From contig JBAXRS010000003.1 of NCBI GenBank assembly GCA_037131085.1, positions 2,683 to 66,682 on the forward strand: DNA of 64,000 nucleotides, read 5' to 3'. The translations under genes were made by a program, and so were the position numbers. This document shows, one piece after another, positions 18,270-27,780 of this stretch. The notes under the pieces are model-generated. The model saw only the letters and a list, made by a program, of their open reading frames with translations, was not told the origin of the DNA and searched no databases. Source of the stretch: Verrucomicrobiota bacterium. GTDB lineage: Bacteria > Verrucomicrobiota > Verrucomicrobiia > Opitutales > UBA953. Within the stretch, counting starts at the first letter, position 1. The number at the start of each line of letters is the position of its first letter.

Positions 18270-20288
18270 TTAGGGCAGTGAACCGAATAAATATACCAGG
18301 GTCCCGACAAACATCAGGCCTGCCGTAATGCGGCCGTATCGTCGTTCCCCATCGGTGCGATGCGGGGCCGCCCAGCGACCCAAGACCCAGCAAGAGGCGG
18401 CAATCAAAGCAAGACCGATAGAGGCATCGCGCACCCAGCCAGCATCATCGACGAGGGCGTTAAGCACCCAGAGAAGGTACAGCGCGTAGGCGAAAAGAGG
18501 GAAGGCCATCGCTTGCTTCAAAGTTTCCATCCATTCCCCGGGACGAGGAAGTAAGGCGGCCAGACGTGGAAAAATCGAGAGTAAGAGGTAGGGTAAAGCC
18601 ATGCCTAAGCCGATAACCGTGAAGAAAAGAAGGGTCTCGGAAGTGGAGCGATCTTTATCCATGGCAAAGCCAAGGGCGGCACCCAAGCCAGGTGCCGTGC
18701 AAGGCGTGGCGACAGCCGTAGCCAAGATTCCAGAAAAGAAGGATCCAACGCCCGCATCACCGGCGCCGGCGGCCATCCCGGCGAAATTCGAACCAATTTC
18801 AAAGGTGCCGGCGAGACTGAGGCCGAGGACGACCATCAACACACAGGTGCCAAGGACAAAGCCCGGAGATTGCATCTGAAACCCCCAACCAACCGAACTG
18901 CCGCTGGCCTTAAGCGCAATGATCAGACCGGCCAGGGTAATGAAACTCACGATCACGCCGGCAGAATAAAGCAGACCATTTTTGATGACAGTATGACGCG
19001 AGGCGCCGGCTTCACGGGCAAAGGCGAGCACCTTCAGTCCAATCATAGGAAAGACACAGGGCATGAGATTAAGCAAGATGCCTCCACCAAAAGCCAAAAG
19101 AAGCCAGCTGACGAACGAATGGGTCGCGGAGGAGGCCTGGTAAGGCTTGCCCGACGCGACGGCTTCGAGCGCTGTAATGACTTCGCCGCCCGTGAGCGCC
19201 TCGGAAAGAATAGCCGTCGGTTGTCCTTGTTTCAGAATGATATTTAGCGGAATCCCCGTGCGGCCGTATTTATTTAACTCCGCGGCGATAAGGGCATCCT
19301 TCTTAGTCCAGTCAGCCTTGAGCATGACCACGTGGTGATCAGCAAAGGCCTTCAGCAAGGCGTCCTGGGTGTAAACGCGCTTATTGACCTGACAGGTGGC
19401 GCACCACCGTGCCGTAAAATCCACATAGACGATTTTTCCTTCGGCAAGTGCTTTGGCCTGAGCTTCCGGGCTCCATGGCGTCCATTCGCCATGGCTTGAA
19501 GTTGCCGGGAGGCTCAATTGCTGAGTGGGTGCGGCGATTTTAACCGCAATGTTCACGAAGTCGCCCGCCGGCGTCTTTGTCACAAAGTTGACGGGGCCAG
19601 AGTTGAGCGTTTCAGTCGCATCCACTAGCGAAAAATCGACCGTGTCACCAACGTGCTGCTGTTTAAACGTAGCATTGGGGGTCACGAAGTTCCGTTCCGG
19701 AAACCAGGTACCGCTTAATCTCGATCCAGCTGGAACGCTGACCCGCAAGGTTTTACCATTGATTTCTCCGGTGGACGTCAGCGATGGGTTTAATGCGGCG
19801 TAAAGTTTAAGGTCATATTTATACGCTTCATTGCGGCCGTCGATTTTCAGGGCAAGGGTGACATCTTTATCGTGCGGATAGCAGCCAGCGTCGTCACATT
19901 CCAGCCATTCGATTTTGCCTTTGAGTAAAAGTTCGCCGCGTGCGGTTTCCGGAATCGTTACTTTGATGAGTAATAAAGTTTCGGCTTCATAGACAAAATT
20001 CATCACCCCCGCCTGATCAAGCAGGCTCGGACCAGGCCAGATAAATTCTCCGGGCGATGTTCCAGCCTTATCGGACCACGTGATTGAGGGTGCTTGGCCG
20101 GCATCTCCTGGATTTTTCCAATAAATATGGAAATGCGGGTCGCAGCGGAAACGAGCGGCGATCAGCACCGTCTGGCCGGGTTTGATCTCGGAGGTGAGAT
20201 TGACCAAGTCGACTTTGGTCCTGACGACTCCAAAAAGATTAGACCACAAACCCATTAAAGCTAGGAGACCTAGGGCGAAGCAGCGCAT
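18270..20288 (-). CDS. DsbD-family thiol:disulfide reductase with domain order alpha / thioredoxin / transmembrane
   Basis: N-terminal DsbD-alpha-like domain (HFHIYWKNPGDAGQAP, WLECDDAGCYPH). Central thioredoxin domain (FTARWCATCQ). C-terminal DsbD_2 membrane core (LNLMPCVFPM, ATPCTAPGLG). Confidence 0.8.
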   Translation of the reverse strand: MRCFALGLLALMGLWSNLFGVVRTKVDLVNLTSEIKPGQTVLIAARFRCDPHFHIYWKNPGDAGQAPSITWSDKAGTSPGEFIWPGPSLLDQAGVMNFVYEAETLLLIKVTIPETARGELLLKGKIEWLECDDAGCYPHDKDVTLALKIDGRNEAYKYDLKLYAALNPSLTSTGEINGKTLRVSVPAGSRLSGTWFPERNFVTPNATFKQQHVGDTVDFSLVDATETLNSGPVNFVTKTPAGDFVNIAVKIAAPTQQLSLPATSSHGEWTPWSPEAQAKALAEGKIVYVDFTARWCATCQVNKRVYTQDALLKAFADHHVVMLKADWTKKDALIAAELNKYGRTGIPLNIILKQGQPTAILSEALTGGEVITALEAVASGKPYQASSATHSFVSWLLLAFGGGILLNLMPCVFPMIGLKVLAFAREAGASRHTVIKNGLLYSAGVIVSFITLAGLIIALKASGSSVGWGFQMQSPGFVLGTCVLMVVLGLSLAGTFEIGSNFAGMAAGAGDAGVGSFFSGILATAVATPCTAPGLGAALGFAMDKDRSTSETLLFFTVIGLGMALPYLLLSIFPRLAALLPRPGEWMETLKQAMAFPLFAYALYLLWVLNALVDDAGWVRDASIGLALIAASCWVLGRWAAPHRTDGERRYGRITAGLMFVGTLVYLFGSLP

Positions 20289-20353
20289 GCCTTTAAGTTG
20301 GGCGAAAATCCGCCGGACGCAAGACGTGCGGTGTCCCGTCGGCTCCGGCCCGC

Positions 20354-21742
20354 TTAGGTCGTAAGATAGCAGGGCAGCAAGGCGGCGTCCGACATCCCGT
20401 GGATAATCTTCTTATTAGCGGGACAAAAGGTCGAAAGGATTCCGGAAAGTTCAACCGTGTCTCCGTCGACAAAGAAATAGGGGCAGAGCCTGACGCGACC
20501 CTCTGCCGGGACGATTGAGCCATCATCGGCATAAACGGGGTGGGTCAGGCGCGAAGGTTTGTGATATTCTTGCATCACGTGGAACGTTTCGTTCTCGGGG
20601 TTAAGGGCATCCTCGATCGCTTCGAGCCATTCTTCCCGGGAAACATCGCTGCCGAGGGTGACGCTACGGGCACCCCAAGCGGTCTCATGGAAGCCGCTCG
20701 CTTTGATGATCAGGTTACGTTCGCGTTGGGAGGCCTCGGCGAGCTCTGTCCATTCCCGAATAGGTCGTCCGTTGACGTTCGGCGCATGCAGGACGGCCGT
20801 CGGCGGCAATTCGGTCTTCTCCATGATCCAAGTCTGGGGAACAATCCGGAAAAGGGCGGCGAGGTGATCCTCCGGTAGATTTTCTTTCCAGAATTCTACC
20901 AGTTGCGGATGATGCAACAGTGCCAGTCCCAGTTTTTCTTCCTGAAACGCTTTCATGGGCGGCGTCAGGGCGAGCGTCCCAGCTTCGACTGCATTAAAAA
21001 TCCCGTCGGCTCCTTTGACGTTAGCGAGGTCGAAGAGCTCGAAGAAACGATAGAGTGTATCAATCTTGCGCGGTACGCCATCGACGGGGATGAAAGAACC
21101 TTCGCCCATTTGCATGATCTGGGAAGGATTCACCACCTGCACGTCATGGCCCAAAGTCCGCAGCTTTTCGGCCAACCATTCGAATTCCGGACGATAGGTG
21201 GCAGATTCGTCGCTCACCACGATGGCGACCAAAGGGTATTTTTGCTGCGGCGTTAGCTTGCCCAGCGAATGCATGAAACGATTCGGCATGGAAGTTCCGC
21301 CGATGACCGTAGGGAAATCTTCAACGTAAACTTCGTTCAGGTATGCGGTCAGACCGACGCCGCCGGGGACGCTATCCAGCTCGGTCATCGTGAAACCTTG
21401 TTCAGTAATAAGAAGGTCTGGACGGAGGACGATCGGCGCCTGGCCCTTGACGGCACGGTGGCGACCGTGTTCGACCAATCCCGCTGGCTTGTAGCGGTCA
21501 AGGTAGGCGGAAACCCAGGGCGCATACACATCGCGGTTACGCAGGATTTTCTTATCCGTGAAGGAGCGAACGTAGAGGCGCTCCAGGGCGCGTTGATAAC
21601 TCAGGCACGCTGCCCCGATGATCTTGAGGTCCTTAAGTTGCGCCGGCGAAATCGGCCAAGGTTCGGGCGAGAGTTTCCAGATTTTTTCCGCGAACAGGGG
21701 CGGCTCAAGTAACTTGTGACGAAGAACTTCCCGGGTGGGCAT
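20354..21742 (-). CDS. Hypothetical protein, possibly an ATP-grasp-like fold
   Basis: I chose the ATG at 21742, 13 nt after the prfB stop. RPDLLITEQGFTMTELDSVPGGVG and NLIIKASGFHETAWGARSV resemble ATP-grasp / eukaryotic-type glutathione-synthetase-like segments. Motif memory only. Confidence 0.45.
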   Translation of the reverse strand: MPTREVLRHKLLEPPLFAEKIWKLSPEPWPISPAQLKDLKIIGAACLSYQRALERLYVRSFTDKKILRNRDVYAPWVSAYLDRYKPAGLVEHGRHRAVKGQAPIVLRPDLLITEQGFTMTELDSVPGGVGLTAYLNEVYVEDFPTVIGGTSMPNRFMHSLGKLTPQQKYPLVAIVVSDESATYRPEFEWLAEKLRTLGHDVQVVNPSQIMQMGEGSFIPVDGVPRKIDTLYRFFELFDLANVKGADGIFNAVEAGTLALTPPMKAFQEEKLGLALLHHPQLVEFWKENLPEDHLAALFRIVPQTWIMEKTELPPTAVLHAPNVNGRPIREWTELAEASQRERNLIIKASGFHETAWGARSVTLGSDVSREEWLEAIEDALNPENETFHVMQEYHKPSRLTHPVYADDGSIVPAEGRVRLCPYFFVDGDTVELSGILSTFCPANKKIIHGMSDAALLPCYLTT

Positions 21743-21755
21743 GACGAGCGTGAGG

Positions 21756-22901
21756 TTAGTCCTCGATTTTAATATCTTTATTACGTGAACGCGGGCCGCC
21801 GGCGCGCAACCAGCCGTTAATGAATGAATCGATATCTCCATCCATCACTGCCTGGATATTGCCGGTTTCGACGCCAGTCCGGAGGTCTTTGACCATCTGG
21901 TAGGGCTGGAAGACGTAAGACCGGATTTGGTTACCCCAGCCGATGTCGCCCTTTTCACCATAGTAGCGTTCCATTTCCGCCCGCTTGTCGTCCTGCAGTT
22001 TTTCGTAAATGCGGGCCCGGAGAATCTTCATCGCCAAGGCGCGGTTCTTGACCTGCGAACGTTCGCGCTGGCAGGCCACGACGAGACCGGTCGGAATGTG
22101 CGTCAGCCGCACGGCAGATTCGGTCTTATTGACGTGCTGGCCGCCCTTGCCGCTGGAACGATAGACATCGACCCGGAGGTCAGCTTCGTCGATTTCAACT
22201 TCGATGTCATCGTCGATTTCCGCGACGACGTCGACCGAGGCGAAAGACGTGTGGCGACGAGCATTCGCATCGAAGGGGGAGATACGAACCAAGCGGTGCA
22301 CGCCACGTTCGGCCTTTGCGTAGCCATAGGCATTCGGACCTTCGATGCGGAAAGTCGCTTGGCTGATGCCGGCGCCTTCGCCTTCGGCGACGTCTTCGAT
22401 TTCGATCTTAAAGCCCCGACGTTCCGCCCAGCGGGTATACATTCGAAAGAGCAGGTCAGCCCAATCATTAGACTCAGTGCCACCGGCGCCGGCCTTAACG
22501 GTCATGATAGCATTGGATTTGTCGTGCAGGCCCGATAGGAAAGAAGCGATCTCCAGATCGGCGACGGCCGCAATCAAATCGGCACCCAAGGTACGAAGTT
22601 CTTCAACTTCAGCATCCGCCGTGCCATCGGGCGATTCGGTGATGAGTTCCGCCAAAGTCTTAGCGTCTTCAATCTGACGACGAAAAGCGACTTGGGGGGC
22701 GACGATAATCTTATAGCCGTTACATTCCGTGATGACCTTCTGGGCGCTTTTTTGACTATCCCAAAAGGTCGAGGCACCCATTTGTTCTTCCAGCTTAGCG
22801 ATAAGGACTTGGCGCCCCGGGACATCGAGGAATTTCCAGAGATAACCGGCACGTCGTTCGACTTCCTCGAGGTTGGCACGAATTTCTGGCGGAATATACA
22901 T
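21756..22901 (-). CDS. prfB: Peptide chain release factor 2, encoded in one uninterrupted frame
   Basis: [19 protein letters not shown] (GGQ motif) and SPF tripeptide (RISPFD). 381 aa, from [15 protein letters not shown] to the end with no frameshift. Confidence 0.95.
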   Translation of the reverse strand: MYIPPEIRANLEEVERRAGYLWKFLDVPGRQVLIAKLEEQMGASTFWDSQKSAQKVITECNGYKIIVAPQVAFRRQIEDAKTLAELITESPDGTADAEVEELRTLGADLIAAVADLEIASFLSGLHDKSNAIMTVKAGAGGTESNDWADLLFRMYTRWAERRGFKIEIEDVAEGEGAGISQATFRIEGPNAYGYAKAERGVHRLVRISPFDANARRHTSFASVDVVAEIDDDIEVEIDEADLRVDVYRSSGKGGQHVNKTESAVRLTHIPTGLVVACQRERSQVKNRALAMKILRARIYEKLQDDKRAEMERYYGEKGDIGWGNQIRSYVFQPYQMVKDLRTGVETGNIQAVMDGDIDSFINGWLRAGGPRSRNKDIKIED

Positions 22902-23082
22902 TTTAAAAATGAGAGGGTAAAGGTGTGGAATCGTCCCTAAGGTCGAAGTTTAAAAAATAGGAGATACAGGGGGTAAAGGCTTATTTCAATCGCAGAGTGG
23001 GGTCCCTTCGTGTGCACACCTTGATGATGAACGATGCATGGTCGCACTTGCACCCGCATGATAGGCTGGCATAGATGCATCC

Positions 23083-25635
23083 ATGTCCTACCTCGAAGGC
23101 TTAAGTTTTGCGCAAATCGCTGGTCCGTTGCCTGAGCGCAGGGTCTTGGCCAACGGGTTGGAGGTCGTCTTCGTTCACCGACCAGGCATCGGCTTATGCA
23201 CCGTCCAAGCGTGGGTGCGGACGGGCAGCGTGCATGAAGGGCGCTGGGATGGTTCCGGTATCTCGCATTATCTGGAACACATGGTCTTTAAGGGGACGGC
23301 ACGCTTTTCCAATCGCGAGCTCACGGAGGCCGTCCATCGGTGCGGCGGATCGTCCAACGCCTATACCACCTTCGATCGTACCGTCTATTATATCGATGCC
23401 CCTCAAGAAGGTTTTGAAACCGCGATGGAATCCGTGGCGGATATGGTCTTTGATCCGCTCATCACGGACGCGGATGCCAAGATGGAACGCGAAGTTATTT
23501 TACGGGAAATAGCCATGCGGGATGACGAACATGATTCCGTCTTGGCCGAATCGATTTTGCATGAAGCCGTCCGGTCGCATTCGTTACGGCACCCCGTGAT
23601 TGGTCACCGCGAGCTTTTCGTCCGCATCACACCGGATGACCTAAGAGCATACCATGCCGGTCGCTACGTACCATCTAATGTCGTTTTGGCCATCGGTGGC
23701 TCGATGGAGGTCGAAGAGGTCTTTGCGGCGGCGGAAAAATGGTTTGGTTGTTTTGTGCGACGACCCGTCCTGGAGACCACGACGAGCTCCGAACCGCCTC
23801 AGGGCGGGATTCGCCGCACCGACTTAGTCCGGGATGTCACTACGAGCAAAGGCGTGTTGTGTTGGCGTGCTCCGGGTCTTTTTGACGAAGGCCGGGCGGC
23901 CCTTGATTTATTTTTAGGTGTGCTGGGCGCGGGGAATAGTTCGGTGCTTTGGAACGAGATGCGTGAAAAACGAAAACTCGTACACAGTATCGATACTTCC
24001 GCTTTTGGAATCCGCGAATTAGGCTTAGCTTGGCTGGGTTGGTCAGGTGAGGCGGGGGCGGATATTCCGGCCATTGAAAAGGGGACGCTCGAATTGGTGG
24101 ACGGCTTACTTCAACGCGGCGTCCATCAAGCTGAGTTCGAAAAAGTACGCCGTCAGGCCGTTGTTTCGATGGTGAATGGGATGAAAAGTATCCATGGTTT
24201 TACCTCTCGGAGCGCTTATGCCGCCGCCATCGGCTACGATATCAATTGGCCACAACGCGGGGTCGAACACCTGGCCAAACTTTTACCCGACGATCTCACC
24301 AAAGAAGCGCGTCGATGGCTGAAGCCCGACTTGGTCACCTTCGGCACTTTAAAGGGCGGCAAGGTCTCGGTGCCGTCCACGATTAAGACGATTATCCATC
24401 CTCCTGATAAATTCGAGACGATGACCTTGACCAATGGTGTACGCGTGGTGCTTCAGCATGATAGCACGATGCCCAAGGCCGGCGTCGGCGTATTCCTATC
24501 CGCCGGGGCAGCCTATGAAAATGCGGACCAGCGCGGCATAACCGGATTATTATCCACGCTCTTTGCCCGCGATACGGTCAAGCGCTCCAAGGAAGAAGTC
24601 GCTTCCATCGTGGACGGGTTGGGCATGACCTTCAGTGACCATGCATCCCAGATATCGCTCGGACTATGGGGCGAAGGCTTAAGTTCCGATTTTGCAGCCG
24701 TGTCGGCCTTGGTTGCGGATGGCATCCTTTGCCCGACCTTGCTACCCGACACCATCGCCATCGAACAAGCGGCCATGATCTCAGCCTGCCGCGAAGCGGA
24801 AGATGATATGGTCGAGAAAGCACGGTTACGCCTCTTGAAACAATATTTCGGAGCGCACCCCTTGGGCGTTGATTCTAATGGCACGCCAGAGACCTTGGCA
24901 AAAATTCAGCCAGCCAACCTCAGCGCCTTGCATCAATCCCTAGTCGTAGCTGAAAATATCGTCGTGGGTATCAGCGGAGATTTTGATCGCAAGGAGGCCC
25001 TCGCTTTTGTGCAGGCCCGATTTGGGTTTTTACCCAAGGTCGCCTTTACTTCCCGCAAACTCGCTTTGCACCAACCGCTCAAGGCCGCGCAAGCACTCGA
25101 ACGCGCCCCAGGCGAGCAGGCGGTGGTTGCTATCGCTTTCCCGCATTGCGGCTTCGGGCCCGACGAAGTGGTGGCAGCCAATGTCACCGAAGAACTTTTA
25201 AGTGGCATGGCCAGCGGACTTTTCCGACGGATTCGCGAAGAAAAAGGGATGGCCTACTTCGTGGGTGCATCGCGCATCGAAGTCGTCGATCAGGGAATGT
25301 TTTATCTTTATGCCGGCACTTCCCCCGAGAGTGCGCAAGAGGTCGTCAAGGAGATGCGCTTGGAATTAGATCGGTTACGTGCCGGAAAATTCAGACCCGA
25401 TGAGATTGAAGATGCGAAAAGACGTCTCAGGGTTTCGCGCCGCCAAAGCCGCCAATCCGTCGGGGCTCGCCTACAAGGTGCCCTCATCCGCGAAGTAGCT
25501 GGTCTCGGCGCAAATTTCGATGTCGAATGGGAACGGCGCATGGGCTTAACTGACGGCGCTGCCGTCCAAAAGTTTGCTCAGCAATACTTGGCGATAAAGT
25601 TCGAACAGGAACTCGTCGTCTTGCCCAAAGCCTAA
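23083..25635 (+). CDS. M16 (pitrilysin/insulinase) family peptidase with two fused M16 units
   Basis: The inverted zinc motif HYLEHMVFKG (HxxEH) is in the first half. The second half is M16-like but lacks the motif. 850 aa. Confidence 0.85.
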   Translation: MSYLEGLSFAQIAGPLPERRVLANGLEVVFVHRPGIGLCTVQAWVRTGSVHEGRWDGSGISHYLEHMVFKGTARFSNRELTEAVHRCGGSSNAYTTFDRTVYYIDAPQEGFETAMESVADMVFDPLITDADAKMEREVILREIAMRDDEHDSVLAESILHEAVRSHSLRHPVIGHRELFVRITPDDLRAYHAGRYVPSNVVLAIGGSMEVEEVFAAAEKWFGCFVRRPVLETTTSSEPPQGGIRRTDLVRDVTTSKGVLCWRAPGLFDEGRAALDLFLGVLGAGNSSVLWNEMREKRKLVHSIDTSAFGIRELGLAWLGWSGEAGADIPAIEKGTLELVDGLLQRGVHQAEFEKVRRQAVVSMVNGMKSIHGFTSRSAYAAAIGYDINWPQRGVEHLAKLLPDDLTKEARRWLKPDLVTFGTLKGGKVSVPSTIKTIIHPPDKFETMTLTNGVRVVLQHDSTMPKAGVGVFLSAGAAYENADQRGITGLLSTLFARDTVKRSKEEVASIVDGLGMTFSDHASQISLGLWGEGLSSDFAAVSALVADGILCPTLLPDTIAIEQAAMISACREAEDDMVEKARLRLLKQYFGAHPLGVDSNGTPETLAKIQPANLSALHQSLVVAENIVVGISGDFDRKEALAFVQARFGFLPKVAFTSRKLALHQPLKAAQALERAPGEQAVVAIAFPHCGFGPDEVVAANVTEELLSGMASGLFRRIREEKGMAYFVGASRIEVVDQGMFYLYAGTSPESAQEVVKEMRLELDRLRAGKFRPDEIEDAKRRLRVSRRQSRQSVGARLQGALIREVAGLGANFDVEWERRMGLTDGAAVQKFAQQYLAIKFEQELVVLPKA

Positions 25636-26906
25636 GCCGCTTCGAAGTGTCGGCGGGCCCGGAAGGACACCCAAATGCCGGGGATGCTTAAGAGCAGTGC
25701 ACCGGTAAAATAATGGGCATAACCGAATTGCGTGGCGAGGGTGCCGGCCCAAAGCCCGGGAAGATAATTAGCCAAGAGGGCAAAGGTTGAGAGGGCGGCA
25801 TAACGAACTGCGGCGCTGGGACCAGCCGCTACTTTCATCATGGATAATAAAAGCGCGCAGAGGCCGGCACCGTAGGCCAGGTATTCCAGAAAAAAGACTA
25901 TGCCGATAATCAGAGGGGGCTGCCCGGGGTGATAGGCGAGCCAGGCGATCAATAATAAGGGCAGGTGCATCACGATGCCTAAAGGCACCAGGGAGAATCG
26001 CAGGCCGTAAAGACCGACGACTAAGGAGCCAACAAGCCCCCCTAAAGCCAATCCGCCAACGGCCGTCCAGAGCCTCAGGATGGCGTAACTTTCATTACTC
26101 AGGGCCAGACCGCCAGCCGCCGTCGGGGCCATGGAAAAAAGGGGGAGAATCCGTGCCATATGAATTTCACTCGCCCGATAAAAAAAGATCAACCCCAACA
26201 CGGCGCCGAGTCGCGGGTCACGGAGAAGGTCAGTCAACCCTTCGCGCATCTGCTTGGATCTCTCCGCAACGGTAAGGTGATCGGTCGGAGTGGATGGCTC
26301 CTGGCGGAAACTAATAAAGTTTAGGATTACGGCTAAAAGCGCGATTGCGGCGGCGAAGTACACCGCATTGGACCAGGCTTGATGGGGGGATGCGCCGTGG
26401 GACATCAAGGTGCCGGCTAACCAAATCAGGGCCGGGCCACAGAGTACCCCGCCGAATTTTGAAGCAAAATTGACGAGTCCAGAATAATTGGCTCGAGATT
26501 GATCATTCAAGGAGCCGACGAAGTAACCATCGAGGGCGTAGTCATGACTTGCGGCAAGAAACGATACGAGCATCAAGCCTCCGAGGATCAAACCAAGTGA
26601 GGGCAGCGTGCCGCCGATGTTCCATCCTAAGAAAGCCAGCACGGCCGTGATCAAGAACTGCGTCCACAGGATGAAACTCTTAGGTGCAAAGAGGGATATT
26701 AGGGGAGCGAGTAAAATTTTGACCCCCAGAATCAATCCCAAGCTCGCGACCACCTTGGTAATGAGGGCATCGGCTGAACCCGTATTTTTTAGGGCAATCG
26801 GCAGGGCTTCATCGCGAATCGCCGCAGGTATCGCCTGAAATATATAACCGCCAGTCACCCATAACCAGACGTAGCGAGGACGGGTCAAGGCGACGACGGC
26901 TTGCAT
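25632..26906 (-). CDS. MFS transporter, AmpG/PAT-family-like
   Basis: About 12 predicted hydrophobic spans. The N-terminal region LPIALKNTGSADALITKVVASLGLILGVKILLAPLI resembles the first loop of AmpG-type permeases. Confidence 0.65.
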   Translation of the reverse strand: MQAVVALTRPRYVWLWVTGGYIFQAIPAAIRDEALPIALKNTGSADALITKVVASLGLILGVKILLAPLISLFAPKSFILWTQFLITAVLAFLGWNIGGTLPSLGLILGGLMLVSFLAASHDYALDGYFVGSLNDQSRANYSGLVNFASKFGGVLCGPALIWLAGTLMSHGASPHQAWSNAVYFAAAIALLAVILNFISFRQEPSTPTDHLTVAERSKQMREGLTDLLRDPRLGAVLGLIFFYRASEIHMARILPLFSMAPTAAGGLALSNESYAILRLWTAVGGLALGGLVGSLVVGLYGLRFSLVPLGIVMHLPLLLIAWLAYHPGQPPLIIGIVFFLEYLAYGAGLCALLLSMMKVAAGPSAAVRYAALSTFALLANYLPGLWAGTLATQFGYAHYFTGALLLSIPGIWVSFRARRHFEAA

Positions 26907-26911
26907 GAGAC

Positions 26912-27772
26912 TTATTTACCTTGTTCGCCTAATTGATTTCGTCCGTAAAAATCTACTGATCGCAGCAAACCATCCACGAATTTAGCCGAAGTGACGTTAA
27001 GACCCATCAATTCTGCGTCCGTCAAATCAAGCATTTCGCCAGGCCGGAAAGTCCTTTGGGTGTCCGTCAGCTTAGAGACCGTCTTAGGCTTATCGCTGGG
27101 AACTATCTCCTGGGCGGAGAAAGGGTGGGCAGACACACCTTCGGGGAGATCAAGCGGCGGGGCCGAATCGATTGGCGCCGGGGTGTCGGTGTCGGCCGGA
27201 AAGTCTTTCATGGCCTTAAACTCGAGCGTTAACGAACCGTCAGGAGCGATATCATCATTGGTCACCAATCCGCCTCGAGCCAAAACGCGCAGGGCGGCGG
27301 CCAGACTAAAGACGCCATCTTCAAGTTCGCAGACAATACCAAAAGCCTCTTCCAATTCCTGGAACTTATCCTGCAGATTCATCTGGGCGAATGCCTGTTG
27401 TTTTTCGCCAATTAACCGGTCGATTTCCGGACTGCCGTTCTGATTCTTACCTCGCTCGCGAATGAAGAGACAAAGCAAGTGGCATTGCGTCATGCATTCA
27501 GCCGCCAAGACCAAGAGATCGTTGACGGTAGTACGGAGCATGAGGCCACGGGCATAGGCCCGCATCTGCGCAGGTGGCAAATGGGCTTGGGGAACCGGCA
27601 TCACCCGCGAAAGGGACGAGAAATGTTCGTAGGCCTTCGGGTCAGCGGTGTGCATACCAGCGATACTGAAAGCTAGCATGTCGTGCTGACGTTGGAGGGC
27701 CGTAAAAAAGTTACGGCTGATATTTTGCAACGAGATGACGCTCTCGCCGGGACCAGGTTGTGGTTGAGACAT
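26912..27772 (-). CDS. Hypothetical protein (orphan, 286 aa)
   Basis: Long ORF tightly packed inside a minus-strand operon (8-nt and 5-nt gaps). It has an acidic Pro/Asp-rich linker (DTDTPAPIDSAPPLDLPEG). I recognise no family. Confidence 0.55.
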   Translation of the reverse strand: MSQPQPGPGESVISLQNISRNFFTALQRQHDMLAFSIAGMHTADPKAYEHFSSLSRVMPVPQAHLPPAQMRAYARGLMLRTTVNDLLVLAAECMTQCHLLCLFIRERGKNQNGSPEIDRLIGEKQQAFAQMNLQDKFQELEEAFGIVCELEDGVFSLAAALRVLARGGLVTNDDIAPDGSLTLEFKAMKDFPADTDTPAPIDSAPPLDLPEGVSAHPFSAQEIVPSDKPKTVSKLTDTQRTFRPGEMLDLTDAELMGLNVTSAKFVDGLLRSVDFYGRNQLGEQGK

Positions 27773-27780
27773 GGGAACAG

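Noticed and set aside
21756-22901. Looked for the programmed +1 frameshift (CUU UGA C) usually found early in prfB.
   Set aside because: The RF2 reading frame is continuous from [27 protein letters not shown] through the GGQ motif to the stop codon. There is no in-frame UGA near codon 25. This RF2 belongs to the minority encoded without autoregulatory frameshifting, which is a known situation.
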